Of a DNA stretch of 64,000 nucleotides, positions 28,888 through 38,905 are shown in pieces (the first letter of the stretch is position 1; every line of letters starts with the position of its first letter). The stretch spans positions 64,001-128,000 of the forward strand of contig JAVHQC010000029.1 of assembly GCA_036170915.1 (NCBI GenBank), in the 5' to 3' direction. This DNA is from Cyanobacteria bacterium auto_48_18. Its GTDB lineage: Bacteria > Cyanobacteriota > Vampirovibrionia > Obscuribacterales > Obscuribacteraceae. Both the position numbers and the translations under genes were made by a program. The notes beneath the pieces were generated by a model. That model searched no databases. It worked only from the letters and a program-made list of their open reading frames with translations, and was not told the DNA's origin.

Positions 28888-29804
28888 TCTACAAAAAACA
28901 AATCGTTGCCAGTCTAGCCTTGCTTCTGCTCGCGGCGCAAAATGTGCAGGCCGCGGGAGGCGGCGCTTACCCTGATTCCAATTTGCCTGAAGAAGGTCAA
29001 AAAGCACTACAACGCGCCGTCAGCGCCATGAAGGCAAAAAACTATTCAAAGGCTCAAGAAGCCGTGCAATCAGCCGCCGCCTCAGCCACAGACGCTCAAG
29101 GATGTTTGTTCATTATCAAAACGTTGAGCGGTTTTGGTGGCATGGCCAATAAAATGAAACGTCCGGCAGTAGAGCGCGCGATGTCTCTGGCCACCACCAA
29201 TGAAGAAATAATGGCTGTGGCTAAACATGCCAGAGAAGCAGAAATGTATGACTTAGCCAAGCACACCACTGATAAGCTAGTTTCTTCGTCAAACTCTTTT
29301 ACCGATTTGATGGCTGTTGCCCACCAGGCCCACGCCGCAGCCAATGCTGATTCTGTGCATCTGGCTTTGAAAAAAGCTTACAGTACAATCAACAACGAAC
29401 CAGACGCTCTCGATTTTATTCGCCAGGCTCACGGTTTAGGCATTGATCATCTCTCGCAAAAAGCGGCAAAAGATTTGATTGAAGATCAAACCACGGCAGT
29501 AGAGTTAGTCGCTTTAGCCAATAAGCTCGAAACTATAGCTTTGCCCCACCTTGTGCGCGAAGCTCTTGAGGCGGCTTTAGACAAGGCGAAAACAGTAAGT
29601 GACTACGTGGCCATTTTTGAAGCGGCCAAGCATTTTGAATATGCCGATATTGTCAAAGTAGCAACCTATCGTGGTCGCAAACTGACAATCATAAACAAGA
29701 TTAAAAACCAGGCCGAGAATACTCCTGAAGCACTGGCCGATCAAAGACGCAAAACCAGAGATGAAGTCAATCGCGCCACTCTGGCCAAACCCAGCGGCTT
29801 CTAA
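28884..29804 (+). CDS. Exported alpha-helical repeat protein
   Basis: Signal peptide; ~33-aa helical periodicity; ATGA overlap with the GH38 gene. Confidence 0.75.
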   Translation: MIYKKQIVASLALLLLAAQNVQAAGGGAYPDSNLPEEGQKALQRAVSAMKAKNYSKAQEAVQSAAASATDAQGCLFIIKTLSGFGGMANKMKRPAVERAMSLATTNEEIMAVAKHAREAEMYDLAKHTTDKLVSSSNSFTDLMAVAHQAHAAANADSVHLALKKAYSTINNEPDALDFIRQAHGLGIDHLSQKAAKDLIEDQTTAVELVALANKLETIALPHLVREALEAALDKAKTVSDYVAIFEAAKHFEYADIVKVATYRGRKLTIINKIKNQAENTPEALADQRRKTRDEVNRATLAKPSGF

Positions 29805-31375
29805 TGGCGAATGCAATTTCAGAAAATCACTCGCCGCCGGAGAGTAAAGCAGCGCTATTTTTGCCTAATGTAGGCGACCTGCTTTTTGTGGGAGTGTGTC
29901 AGCTACTACTTTTTATGCGGCCCACTTTTATTTTTAGTGACGGGTCCACGGGTTGGCACCTGGCCACCGGATTTAAAATATTAAGTGACCATGCCATTCC
30001 TCATCAAGATTTTTTGTCTTACACATTTGCCGGTAAAGAATGGGTAGCCTACGAATGGCTATCTGATTTGTTCATGGCCAGCCTGGTGCATTTGGGTGGT
30101 TTGAATCTTCTGGCTGTGATGGTGACCATTTCTGTTGCCTCGCTCACCCTTGCCCTGTATCAGAAAGTAAGAGAAGGAGGCAGTAATTTTCTACTTGCCC
30201 TCTTTTTCTCCACCGTAGGTTTACTCACCGCCGCCATTCACTGGCTTACGCGACCACACATATTTACTTTCTGGGGAGTTTATCTTTTCACCACCAGACT
30301 TGAGGCTTTCTATAGCGGCAAGCGCAGCTTTAAATGGCTTGCAGCCTGGCTTTTGCCTTACATGGTACTCTGGGTCAATTGTCATCCGGCATTTTTGCTT
30401 GCCTTTGCCATCACCGGACTTTATCTACTAATTGTTTTATTGCGCGGCATCACTGCCGATAATCAATCTCTGCGCCAGGGCAAATTAAAGCAAGCCGGGC
30501 AGCTGGCACTACTGCTGGTGCTTTTGCTACTGGTCAGCCTGGCGAATCCTTATGGCTTGACCTTATATCACTATATTGGCGAATACCTGCACGGTACGAG
30601 CATTCTGGCCCAAACCGACGAGTTTAAACCGCCAAATTTCCTCCTTAATTTTCATGCTTATTGCCTGGCGATATTAATGGCATGTACCGCAGTTGGTTTG
30701 TGTTTTGGCAGAAAGAAACTAAGCTTGCCGGCCCTGGCTTTGACCGTAGTTTTTGCTTATCTGGCACTATCGGCGGTGCGTCACATGCCCCTTTTTGTCA
30801 TAGTCGTTTTGCCTGTATTAGGAATTTTATATAGCGGCTTCCAGTTTAATGCCGCTAAAACACCAGCTCTTCTTAAATCGTTTGTCGCAGGCGCGCAAGG
30901 CTTTGACGCAGAAGAAAAAAAATCAAATATGCATCTTTTGCCATGGCTTTATTCCATCATCATTATCATCATGGCTCTGGCGACACCGCAGCAGGGGCCG
31001 GAAGCCATGCTCAAAGCCGGTTTTGACGACAAACTGGCACCAAGCAACACTCTTGATTATATTGCCGCTCATAAAATGCCCGCAGTGGGTGGGTTTAATT
31101 TCGACAACTGGGGTGGTCTGATTCGCTACAAACTTGGCATGCCTGTTTATATCGATGACCGCGCTGACTTTTATGGCGAAAAATTTTATAGTGAATATGG
31201 CATCATTTGCGAAACCAGACCCGGCTGGCATCAACTTCTTGAACTGCGTAAAATCAGCTGGGTACTTTTTCCAAAAGATTCATTGCTGATTAAACAATTG
31301 AAAGAGCGCAAAGATTGGAGCACTGCCTGTGAAGATGGTGCAGCCACATTGATGGTTAAAATCACTAAAAACTAA
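29804..31375 (+). CDS. Polytopic membrane protein, possibly GT-C-like glycosyltransferase
   Basis: Many TM segments; first loop DGSTGWHL...DFLSYT...EWLS; C-terminal YIDDRADFYG domain. Confidence 0.65.
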   Translation: MANAISENHSPPESKAALFLPNVGDLLFVGVCQLLLFMRPTFIFSDGSTGWHLATGFKILSDHAIPHQDFLSYTFAGKEWVAYEWLSDLFMASLVHLGGLNLLAVMVTISVASLTLALYQKVREGGSNFLLALFFSTVGLLTAAIHWLTRPHIFTFWGVYLFTTRLEAFYSGKRSFKWLAAWLLPYMVLWVNCHPAFLLAFAITGLYLLIVLLRGITADNQSLRQGKLKQAGQLALLLVLLLLVSLANPYGLTLYHYIGEYLHGTSILAQTDEFKPPNFLLNFHAYCLAILMACTAVGLCFGRKKLSLPALALTVVFAYLALSAVRHMPLFVIVVLPVLGILYSGFQFNAAKTPALLKSFVAGAQGFDAEEKKSNMHLLPWLYSIIIIIMALATPQQGPEAMLKAGFDDKLAPSNTLDYIAAHKMPAVGGFNFDNWGGLIRYKLGMPVYIDDRADFYGEKFYSEYGIICETRPGWHQLLELRKISWVLFPKDSLLIKQLKERKDWSTACEDGAATLMVKITKN

Positions 31376-31404
31376 AATTAGATTTGCATTGCACTGGAGG
31401 ATAA

Positions 31405-32016
31405 ATGTCACGTCGAGTAGTTTTATATGTGGCCAGCAGTCTTGACGGCTTTATCGCCCGTGAAGATGGTGCGGTAGACTGGCTCTTTGACCCGTATGCC
31501 CATGGCTATGAATTTTTCTATGAAGATATCGATACGGTGATCATGGGTCGCAAAACTTACGATCAAGCCAAAACATTTGAAGACGCGCCATATTCGTCAA
31601 AACGCGCCATTGTCTTTTCGCGCATGGCCACATTGTCACCTTACGAAGGGCTGGAATACACAACTCGCCCGCCTGAAGTGGTGGTCAAAGAATTGAAAGA
31701 AGAAGAGGGTGGCATGATCTGGCTGGTGGGTGGTCGCGAAATTAGCGAACTGCTGATTGCCAACCAACTGGTAGACGAATTAATAGTCTCAGTGCATCCC
31801 AAAATTTTGGTTAAAGGCATTCCGCTGGTGTCTTCCATGGAGGCACAATGCGACCTTAAATTAGTTACTTATGAGGTCTTCAAAAGCGGTCTGGTTCAAC
31901 TACGCTATGAGATTTTGAAAGAAGATAAAAAGGTGGAAGCCACACAGGCAAAGGCAGAAGCAAAGGCTGAGCCAAAAACTAAAACTCGAGCAAAGGCCAA
32001 AAAGAAAGCCGCTTGA
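31405..32016 (+). CDS. Dihydrofolate reductase/RibD C-terminal family protein
   Basis: ASSLDGFIA, MGRKTY, WLVGG and LVDEL...P...GIPL. Confidence 0.92.
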   Translation: MSRRVVLYVASSLDGFIAREDGAVDWLFDPYAHGYEFFYEDIDTVIMGRKTYDQAKTFEDAPYSSKRAIVFSRMATLSPYEGLEYTTRPPEVVVKELKEEEGGMIWLVGGREISELLIANQLVDELIVSVHPKILVKGIPLVSSMEAQCDLKLVTYEVFKSGLVQLRYEILKEDKKVEATQAKAEAKAEPKTKTRAKAKKKAA

Positions 32017-32089
32017 GCAGATGATTCTTGATGCTGCAGGGGAATAATCGTAGAGGCGTTAGGGTTTGGGGCGCTTAGAAGGCTGATCA

Positions 32090-32905
32090 ATGTCTATGGA
32101 TGAAAAGTTAGTAGTGGCCTTTTTTTGTACCGCTCTGCCCGTTTTAGCTCTGGGCAGCTGGGCTGTGGCTTACAAATTTGCAGGTAAGAATGCCCCCAGT
32201 GTCATTCACGACCTGCGCGAATTATTTACTGAATCACTACCTTTTCTAAAAACGCAGTGGCTTTTTCTGGCTATCTGCACTGTGGGCAGCGGAGTTTCAG
32301 CCTGTCAACTGTCTCAAACATTTGACCTCGCTCCTGCCTATTACATGGTCTCAGCGGTAACTCAAGGCATTGTGCCAGTTTTGAAACTGTTTTATGTGGC
32401 TTACCTGGCAGCGCCACGTAATGCGGCGTTGATAGCCACTATTGGCATTAAAACCATGATTTTTTATCTGATTGGCGAATACATTCAAACCACGGCTATT
32501 GCATTAGGTATTGCGCTTCTGGTCTTTCCCGGCCTGTACATCATGGCCAGAACCAGCTTGTTCTTGCCCATTTATGCGGTAGAAGGGCATCGCCCGCTGC
32601 ACGCTCTAGAGCGTAGCTGGGCTATTACTAAAGGCAAATATTGGCCGGTCTGCCTTTACCTTGGACCAACTTTTGTCATAGTGCTTCTGGGACACTGTCT
32701 GCCTTCTATGGGCATTATGTTGCAGCACCACACCGCCGCTCGCCCACTCATAGCGGCGGTCAGTGCTGTAAGCGGTATGACCTCAACGCTTTTAGACATA
32801 ATGCTGGCCGGGCTGATGTACAAGCTTTATCTGCGTTTTTCCGAGCCTGCAGCCGAGTCTCCAGCTGGACCGGCCGCTGGACCTGTAGCTGAACCGAAGC
32901 CTTAG
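32090..32905 (+). CDS. Hypothetical membrane protein
   Basis: Multiple TM segments; LLVFPGLY...ALERSWAITKG pattern. Confidence 0.75.
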   Translation: MSMDEKLVVAFFCTALPVLALGSWAVAYKFAGKNAPSVIHDLRELFTESLPFLKTQWLFLAICTVGSGVSACQLSQTFDLAPAYYMVSAVTQGIVPVLKLFYVAYLAAPRNAALIATIGIKTMIFYLIGEYIQTTAIALGIALLVFPGLYIMARTSLFLPIYAVEGHRPLHALERSWAITKGKYWPVCLYLGPTFVIVLLGHCLPSMGIMLQHHTAARPLIAAVSAVSGMTSTLLDIMLAGLMYKLYLRFSEPAAESPAGPAAGPVAEPKP

Positions 32906-32976
32906 CCCATAAATTGCCACAAATTTCTCCTATGCTGAGGCTGTCTAAGACTGTCTTAGCGCAGCGGAGGAAACAC

Positions 32977-33192
32977 ATGGCTAGGGCTCACAAAGATGGC
33001 AGCACTGATGGTATGGCAATTGTCGGCTTCGATAAATGTGCCGGCCTGGTTATGAAAGACAAGAACAACGAATTATTTGATGCGCCGGTCAATTTCAAAA
33101 ATGGCATTCTTGAATTTACCAGACCACTGATTATTCCAAAAGCGGCAGTCGGTGACTACGACCCGTTTCTAAATAGCGGTAAGTGGTCCTAA
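32977..33192 (+). CDS. Small hypothetical protein
   Basis: GGAGG 6 nt upstream of ATG 32977; 71 aa. Confidence 0.6.
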   Translation: MARAHKDGSTDGMAIVGFDKCAGLVMKDKNNELFDAPVNFKNGILEFTRPLIIPKAAVGDYDPFLNSGKWS

Positions 33193-34248
33193 GAGCAAGA
33201 GCAGAAATACTTTGGCCTTAAGAGCTCGAGTATCGTCACCAGATACGGTGACAGCAAATGTTTCGGGTGTCGCCTGGGCAACAGAAAATTCGGCCGGCTC
33301 TTTAAAGTCGCTGAGCTCACGGCGCAGCATATCAGGAGCGTTTTTCTCAGAGCTATGAACGGTAGCTTTGAGCCCGCCGCTGCTATCCACTACCTCTACC
33401 ACTGTTGTAGCGCTGGCCGCAAGCTCTTGCAGCTGCAGCATAAATTTATCGCTGCTGTCTTTTGGCACAATACTAGTATCGAGAACCTGCCAGATTTGTG
33501 CACTACCTCTGATACCACGCAAAAGTGTCTTAAGTCGCTCAGGTATAAAGCTCAAATCATTTTCACCAGCATTAGCTTCGTCGGCTCCGGCAGCCGCCGC
33601 CGCCTTAAAACGTATACGCTTAGAAGCATGGTGGTCTTTTGCTTGAGTAGTAATCAGCACGTGGCTCGCGTCTAAGCCAAGTACATGCCACATCTTGCCA
33701 TCACTGCGCCAGCTATTTTCGCCACCAATTTCAGAATGAGAATTGGCATGTTCAATTCTGCTGAGCTCGCGTAAAAGACTATTATTGGGCTTTTCAAAAG
33801 TGAGAATACAATTCTTGCCCAGTCCAGCCTGGTCAACTTCAATATCAAAAACAGTCTGCACAATTTTGTTCTTCTGCAAAATAGAATAGACCGCCGGTGG
33901 TGCGTCCATAACTGGTAGAAGGTAAGGCATGACCATAGCGGAAGGAGCAGCACCAAGGGGAGACTCACCAGCTGTGGCACGGTCGGCGGGCAGTGTAACA
34001 GCCACGTCAGCAGCAGCAAGGCAAGCCGCTTTGTTGAGATTAAGCCAGCTCAAAACCCGCACTTGTTCATCGCGCAAATTAAGCTTAGTAGAGGACATTT
34101 CGATTTCAGGCGCTACAGGTACAACTTTAGGCTTTTTGGCATCAGCTGCCGCGGATAACAAAGTGATTGAAATAGAGATCGACCAGGCCACCACCACTGC
34201 AAAAGTTGTGGACTTCCTGCTGTAATTTCTTGCGTCTGCCAAAAACAA
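33169..34248 (-). CDS. Hypothetical exported protein
   Basis: Long ORF with signal-like N-terminus. Confidence 0.7.
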   Translation of the reverse strand: MFLADARNYSRKSTTFAVVVAWSISISITLLSAAADAKKPKVVPVAPEIEMSSTKLNLRDEQVRVLSWLNLNKAACLAAADVAVTLPADRATAGESPLGAAPSAMVMPYLLPVMDAPPAVYSILQKNKIVQTVFDIEVDQAGLGKNCILTFEKPNNSLLRELSRIEHANSHSEIGGENSWRSDGKMWHVLGLDASHVLITTQAKDHHASKRIRFKAAAAAGADEANAGENDLSFIPERLKTLLRGIRGSAQIWQVLDTSIVPKDSSDKFMLQLQELAASATTVVEVVDSSGGLKATVHSSEKNAPDMLRRELSDFKEPAEFSVAQATPETFAVTVSGDDTRALKAKVFLLLLLGPLTAI

Positions 34249-34254
34249 ATTGCT

Positions 34255-34797
34255 CTACCTTGAGGCTTCGAAATTTAAGTTAAAGGGTTCCATTTTCGAA
34301 CTGTCGTGATTGGTCAAAGCCACTTCATCACCAACGGTTTCGAAAGAAAAATCATCTACCCATGCCTGGCCAGAGCCGGTCAACATCAAACCGAAATCAA
34401 TAAATGTTGATGATTCCGGCACTTCCACCACTATGTTGTACTGGGTCCAATCAGTGACGTCGAGTATAGGCCGGTCTTCCATGTTGTCGAAGCAATTGGG
34501 TTTAGTGCTGGTGCTGGTCCAGTCGCCGGCAATGCGCAACCACAACTGCACTTTGCCGCCAGCGCAATTGCTCTTGACCCAGGCCGACATACGTAGCCTT
34601 TTACCTAAATATGGCGCGGGTGAAAAGCCCTGGCTGAGATATGCCAGAGGCCGAGGTTTATCCACCACCGAGCGCAGATAAACGCAGCGGGTGCCACTGT
34701 GTTTTACTTTCTCGTCAATCCCTGCTTCGTAATCGTCACCGTTAGCTGAGCTAAAAGTCCATCCGGGAGGCAGTTGTATCTTCTTAACTTTTTTCAT
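34255..34797 (-). CDS. Hypothetical protein, carbohydrate-binding-like beta-sandwich
   Basis: GKRLRMSAWVK, LWLRI, FDNMEDRPI, DWTQY and GSGQAWVDDF pattern. Confidence 0.72.
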   Translation of the reverse strand: MKKVKKIQLPPGWTFSSANGDDYEAGIDEKVKHSGTRCVYLRSVVDKPRPLAYLSQGFSPAPYLGKRLRMSAWVKSNCAGGKVQLWLRIAGDWTSTSTKPNCFDNMEDRPILDVTDWTQYNIVVEVPESSTFIDFGLMLTGSGQAWVDDFSFETVGDEVALTNHDSSKMEPFNLNFEASR

Positions 34798-34888
34798 CGA
34801 ACATCCGTGAATACTCAGCTAATATCAAACCACAATGTAGCTCCTGTGAAACCTTGTCAGGAGCGTATTAATAAGTTGATTTTGGCAA

Positions 34889-36070
34889 TTAATCAGCGCC
34901 GCTGTCGGTGCTATTGACAGCTTGTTTGGGCTCTTCGTTGTCTTCATGGCCAAAAGCAATGGCGAAAGCCTTTTTGGCAATTTGATAAACCGGCGGTTTA
35001 CGCAAATTGGAAAGGGCGATCACGGCACATTTTGACTGAGGCAAAAGAATGACGGTGGAAGCGACGCCAGGTGTGCCGCCGTTCATTGCCAGCTTAAGTT
35101 GACCGTTTAAACTGGCCGGGTTGGCAGAATTCCACCCGAAGGCCCATGGACAAGGCAGACCTGTGCTTAGAGGGGGCCGCTCAGCCCACAGTCTGTAATA
35201 AGAGATAACTGACAAAATTTTCCCATTAAGCATGCCCAGTACATATTTGATCATGTCGTTCTGAGTGCTGGCGAGCATTCCGGCTGAGTACGCCACTGCC
35301 GGATTTTTATACTCAACTACACGCAGTTCTCCTGAACCATCACCATAACCCTGAGCCACACGACCAGTGTCGCGCAATAAAAAAGTTGTGGCGGTACTGC
35401 TCATATTGAGCGGCCCGAGAATGGTCTCGCGCACCACGTCTAGATAGTCGCGTCCAGTCACTTTGGCGATCACTGAGCCAAGAAGACGGTAGCTAAAATT
35501 GGAATAGTGAAACTCGGCTCCGGGTTGCGATTGCAGAGGCGTATTGACGAGAATGGGCAATTGGTCTCTCCAAAGTGTTTCTTTTGAGAGCACCGTCGGC
35601 ACACCTGCTGTCATAGAAGCAAGCTGCCGAATGGTGAGGTTCTGGTAAGGTGGAGTGAGGTCAGAAAGATACTTGGCCAGCGGGTCATCGAGGTTAATCA
35701 AGCCTTTCTCTACCAGCGAAAGCAAAGTAATGGCAGTGAAGGTTTTAGTCATGGAAGCTAAACCAAATACGGTATCACCATCAACAGGGCGACGACTTTG
35801 TAAATCGGCATAGCCGTAACACTTTTGAAATACGACTTGATTGTTGTAAATCACAGCCAGAGCGTATCCCGGCACATTTAGTTCTGTCACTTGCGCAGCC
35901 GCCATCTGGTCAACAGCTTCCAACTTAGCTTTTAAAGCATCACTGATATAAGGACCAGGTATGGTATCAATTACAATCGGCGAGGCAGGCTCGCCTGGTA
36001 TCACTTTTGCCTGAACAGCCGAAGTATTGAGAATCGCAAGAAGTACAGCCAAAACCAGTTTACTTTTCAT
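34889..36070 (-). CDS. Serine hydrolase, beta-lactamase class C-like
   Basis: SMTK (SxxK), FHYSNFSY (YxN) and signal peptide. Confidence 0.9.
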   Translation of the reverse strand: MKSKLVLAVLLAILNTSAVQAKVIPGEPASPIVIDTIPGPYISDALKAKLEAVDQMAAAQVTELNVPGYALAVIYNNQVVFQKCYGYADLQSRRPVDGDTVFGLASMTKTFTAITLLSLVEKGLINLDDPLAKYLSDLTPPYQNLTIRQLASMTAGVPTVLSKETLWRDQLPILVNTPLQSQPGAEFHYSNFSYRLLGSVIAKVTGRDYLDVVRETILGPLNMSSTATTFLLRDTGRVAQGYGDGSGELRVVEYKNPAVAYSAGMLASTQNDMIKYVLGMLNGKILSVISYYRLWAERPPLSTGLPCPWAFGWNSANPASLNGQLKLAMNGGTPGVASTVILLPQSKCAVIALSNLRKPPVYQIAKKAFAIAFGHEDNEEPKQAVNSTDSGAD

Positions 36071-36866
36071 GCTTCTGCTCCAAATCTTGCCTTACCTGGG
36101 GCGGCTCTTTAAACCAGTTGGTGTCAAAACTAAAGCCAAAACCAGCTTCTTTGGCACCAAGTTCTGCGCGATATGGATTTTGACAAATATAAATAACACA
36201 CACATTCATTGAGAGAAAAATTGCCACGAAGGCGGTCATGATCGTTTGTGCGAGCAGACTTTCCAGGCAGAAGAAATAAGTGAAAAGCACAATCAAAACA
36301 CCTCCGGCCACCAGTACCGACCAGAGCACGGGGGAGGGATTACTTTTAGCTGATACCATGCGAAAACGTCTGGCCGCAGAGAGTTCTTCAATATTACTGA
36401 TCATCGTTGAATAGCAAGCCGACTCTTTTCCATCGGCAGGATTATAGTGTGTCACTTCATGCCATATTTTTTGATAAGAAGGAATGGTGCCCTCTTTGAT
36501 TTTTCCTTCTTCAATAGCCGACCAGTCTTGATCGACGGCAATCACCGAATATTCGTAGACTGCCTGACAAATATTGTGACGGGTCGGGTCTTTAAAGGTT
36601 TTGGCCAGATGATAAATATTAGAGAGCATATTTGCTTCAGTTATTGCCATTTGCTTGGCAGTATCAACCTTGGCTTGCGAGCTGACCACAATTAAGCCAA
36701 CGACAATGGCATACAGCGTACCGACGATGGCCAGCATCACGCCACCAACCTCGTGACAAGCTTTGCGCGACTCGCTCGAAATGCGCTTACGCACCATGAA
36801 CATACCGCCCACGGCAAGCACAGCACTGCCACCAATAATATAGATGCCATCAACAATTGAATTCAT
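36060..36866 (-). CDS. DUF4239/bestrophin-like membrane protein
   Basis: VGTLYAIVVGL, EANML, ARRFR...PVLW...NPY pattern. Confidence 0.75.
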   Translation of the reverse strand: MNSIVDGIYIIGGSAVLAVGGMFMVRKRISSESRKACHEVGGVMLAIVGTLYAIVVGLIVVSSQAKVDTAKQMAITEANMLSNIYHLAKTFKDPTRHNICQAVYEYSVIAVDQDWSAIEEGKIKEGTIPSYQKIWHEVTHYNPADGKESACYSTMISNIEELSAARRFRMVSAKSNPSPVLWSVLVAGGVLIVLFTYFFCLESLLAQTIMTAFVAIFLSMNVCVIYICQNPYRAELGAKEAGFGFSFDTNWFKEPPQVRQDLEQKHEK

Positions 36867-36963
36867 CGGCTTATTTTAGCGACTTTTCGTCAATGCTATA
36901 TTGAAGAATCTTTGTGATAATGAAAACAGAAGTAAATAACGCGCTGAGGCAACTGTGTGAACG

Positions 36964-37215
36964 ATGAGCGATGAACTCAGTATCGAAGGAGAAGTCGAAC
37001 AGTTCGATTTGAATAATGCAGAAAAGATGCTTGTCTTGGCCGCACTTCAACGCATGATGGTTAGAGGAAGGTACAGAAAAGTTGAAGGGGCCAAGCTTGT
37101 TGACTTTCAAAAACTGGTAGCGAAATTTAGTAACCAGGATCTGGTTCGCGTGGGCCGGAAGCATGTTCTGCTTGAAAAAGAGAAGCCAAAGACGCGACCC
37201 CCTGAGCAGTGGTAG
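36964..37215 (+). CDS. Small hypothetical protein
   Basis: 83-aa ORF filling the gap between two minus-strand genes. Confidence 0.55.
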   Translation: MSDELSIEGEVEQFDLNNAEKMLVLAALQRMMVRGRYRKVEGAKLVDFQKLVAKFSNQDLVRVGRKHVLLEKEKPKTRPPEQW

Positions 37216-37251
37216 CTAGCGTCAAAGGCTTATTTAAAGCAAGCGATATTG

Positions 37252-38805
37252 TCAATGCATCATTCTCAAAGGCAAACGATAACGCACCGCTTCAGTAATA
37301 TGCTCTTGTGAGATATTCTCACAATCACCCAGGTCAGCAATTGTGCGCGCCAGGCGCAAAATGCGATCGTAAGCTCGTGCCGAAAGACTATATTGAGCCA
37401 CTGCCCGAGCTAAAAGTTCTTTTGTTCTCGAATCAATCTGACAAAATCTATTCAAATCTCGCTGCCCTAAGGTGCCATTAAAATGAAAACCGCCCACCGC
37501 GGTGCGTGATTTATTGCGCAATCTTTGTCGGTCTACAGCCAGTTCAACTCTGCGCCTTATGGATGCCGAACTTTCTTCATTAATACTGCCGGTTAGTTCG
37601 TTTATAGAGAGGCGAGAGACTTCAACTTGCAAATCGATGCGGTCTAAAAACGGACCAGACAACCTGCTCCAATATCGCTCAGCTTGCGTCGAGGTGCAAT
37701 AGCAGTGTTTGACTGGGTCGCCTCGGAAACCACATGGACAGGGGTTACAGGCTGCCACCAGCGTGAAAGATGCAGGATAGGTAAGTGTCTGACCAGCGCG
37801 GGAAATCATTACTGTGCGAGTCTCTAACGGTTGCCTTAAATTTTCTAGATGGCCGCGGGGAAATTCGGTCAATTCGTCTAAAAAAAGTACTCCCAGGTGG
37901 CTGAGTGAAATTTCGCCAGGCTTAGGATGAGCGCCGCCACCAACAAGACCTACAGCTGAAGCCGTGTGGTGCGGGCTACGAAAAGGCCTCTCCGCCACAA
38001 TTTTTTCTTTGTGTTTGAGCAGACCAGCCACACTCCAGAGTTTCGTCAACTCAATGGCTTCGTCAAATTCAAGGGGCGGCATAATGCTTGGTAAGCGCTC
38101 TGCTAGCATAGATTTACCAGAGCCTGGCGAGCCGACCATCATAATGTTGTGTTTACCGGCCGCTGCAATCTCTAAGCCGCGTTTAGTGGCGCCCTGCCCT
38201 TTAACATCGCGAAAATCTTTATGATGAACAACGCCAGATGCGGCACGAGCAAACTGAGCGCGACTGGCGCCACCATAAGTAGTGCCGTTCTCTAAATTTT
38301 CGGCTATCTTAAATACTTGCATTAAGTGCGAAACCGGATAAACTTTTAACCCTTCAACCAGTGCGGCCTCTTCCGCATTGCCTTCAGGTACGACTATGCC
38401 TTTAGCGCCGGCCTTACGTGCGGCTACTGCAATAGGCAGCACACCTGAGACCGGCCTTACAGATCCGCTAAGAGACAACTCACCTACAAACCAGAAGTCA
38501 GCGATATTATCAAAAGGCATCAGGCCAGTGGCGGCCAAAATACCTGTGGCAATGGGCAAATCGTATGCTGGGCCTTCTTTGCGAATGTCGCATGGTGCCA
38601 GATTAACTACCCATTTCTTGCCAGGCGGTATAAAGAATGAGCAGGCCTTAATGGCCGCCTTTACCCGCTCTTGCGCTTCTTTGACTGACGCGTCCGGTAA
38701 GCCAACCACGCTGATTGTGCCGAGCCCCTGACAGCAGTCGACCTCAACTTCAATTGGATGTGCGTCAACACCCTGTACCGCACCAGAGAAAACACGTGCA
38801 AACAT
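37252..38805 (-). CDS. comM: YifB/ComM Mg-chelatase-like AAA+ ATPase
   Basis: VGLPDASVKEA, VNLAP, GELSLSG, GSPGSGKS, PFRSPHH, FLDE and NPCPCG; GAGAGG upstream of ATG 38805. Confidence 0.93.
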   Translation of the reverse strand: MFARVFSGAVQGVDAHPIEVEVDCCQGLGTISVVGLPDASVKEAQERVKAAIKACSFFIPPGKKWVVNLAPCDIRKEGPAYDLPIATGILAATGLMPFDNIADFWFVGELSLSGSVRPVSGVLPIAVAARKAGAKGIVVPEGNAEEAALVEGLKVYPVSHLMQVFKIAENLENGTTYGGASRAQFARAASGVVHHKDFRDVKGQGATKRGLEIAAAGKHNIMMVGSPGSGKSMLAERLPSIMPPLEFDEAIELTKLWSVAGLLKHKEKIVAERPFRSPHHTASAVGLVGGGAHPKPGEISLSHLGVLFLDELTEFPRGHLENLRQPLETRTVMISRAGQTLTYPASFTLVAACNPCPCGFRGDPVKHCYCTSTQAERYWSRLSGPFLDRIDLQVEVSRLSINELTGSINEESSASIRRRVELAVDRQRLRNKSRTAVGGFHFNGTLGQRDLNRFCQIDSRTKELLARAVAQYSLSARAYDRILRLARTIADLGDCENISQEHITEAVRYRLPLRMMH

Positions 38806-38905
38806 AAAATACCTCTCGTTACTTGAACCGCTCAAAAATTGCCCCTATTAGTAGCAACGGAATTTGAGGCAAGAAAGTTCAATTTTTCGGCAAGATTTTA
38901 TGCAA

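Noticed and set aside
36964..37215. Fis-like helix (DLNNAEKMLVLAALQR)
   Set aside because: No helix-turn-helix consensus follows
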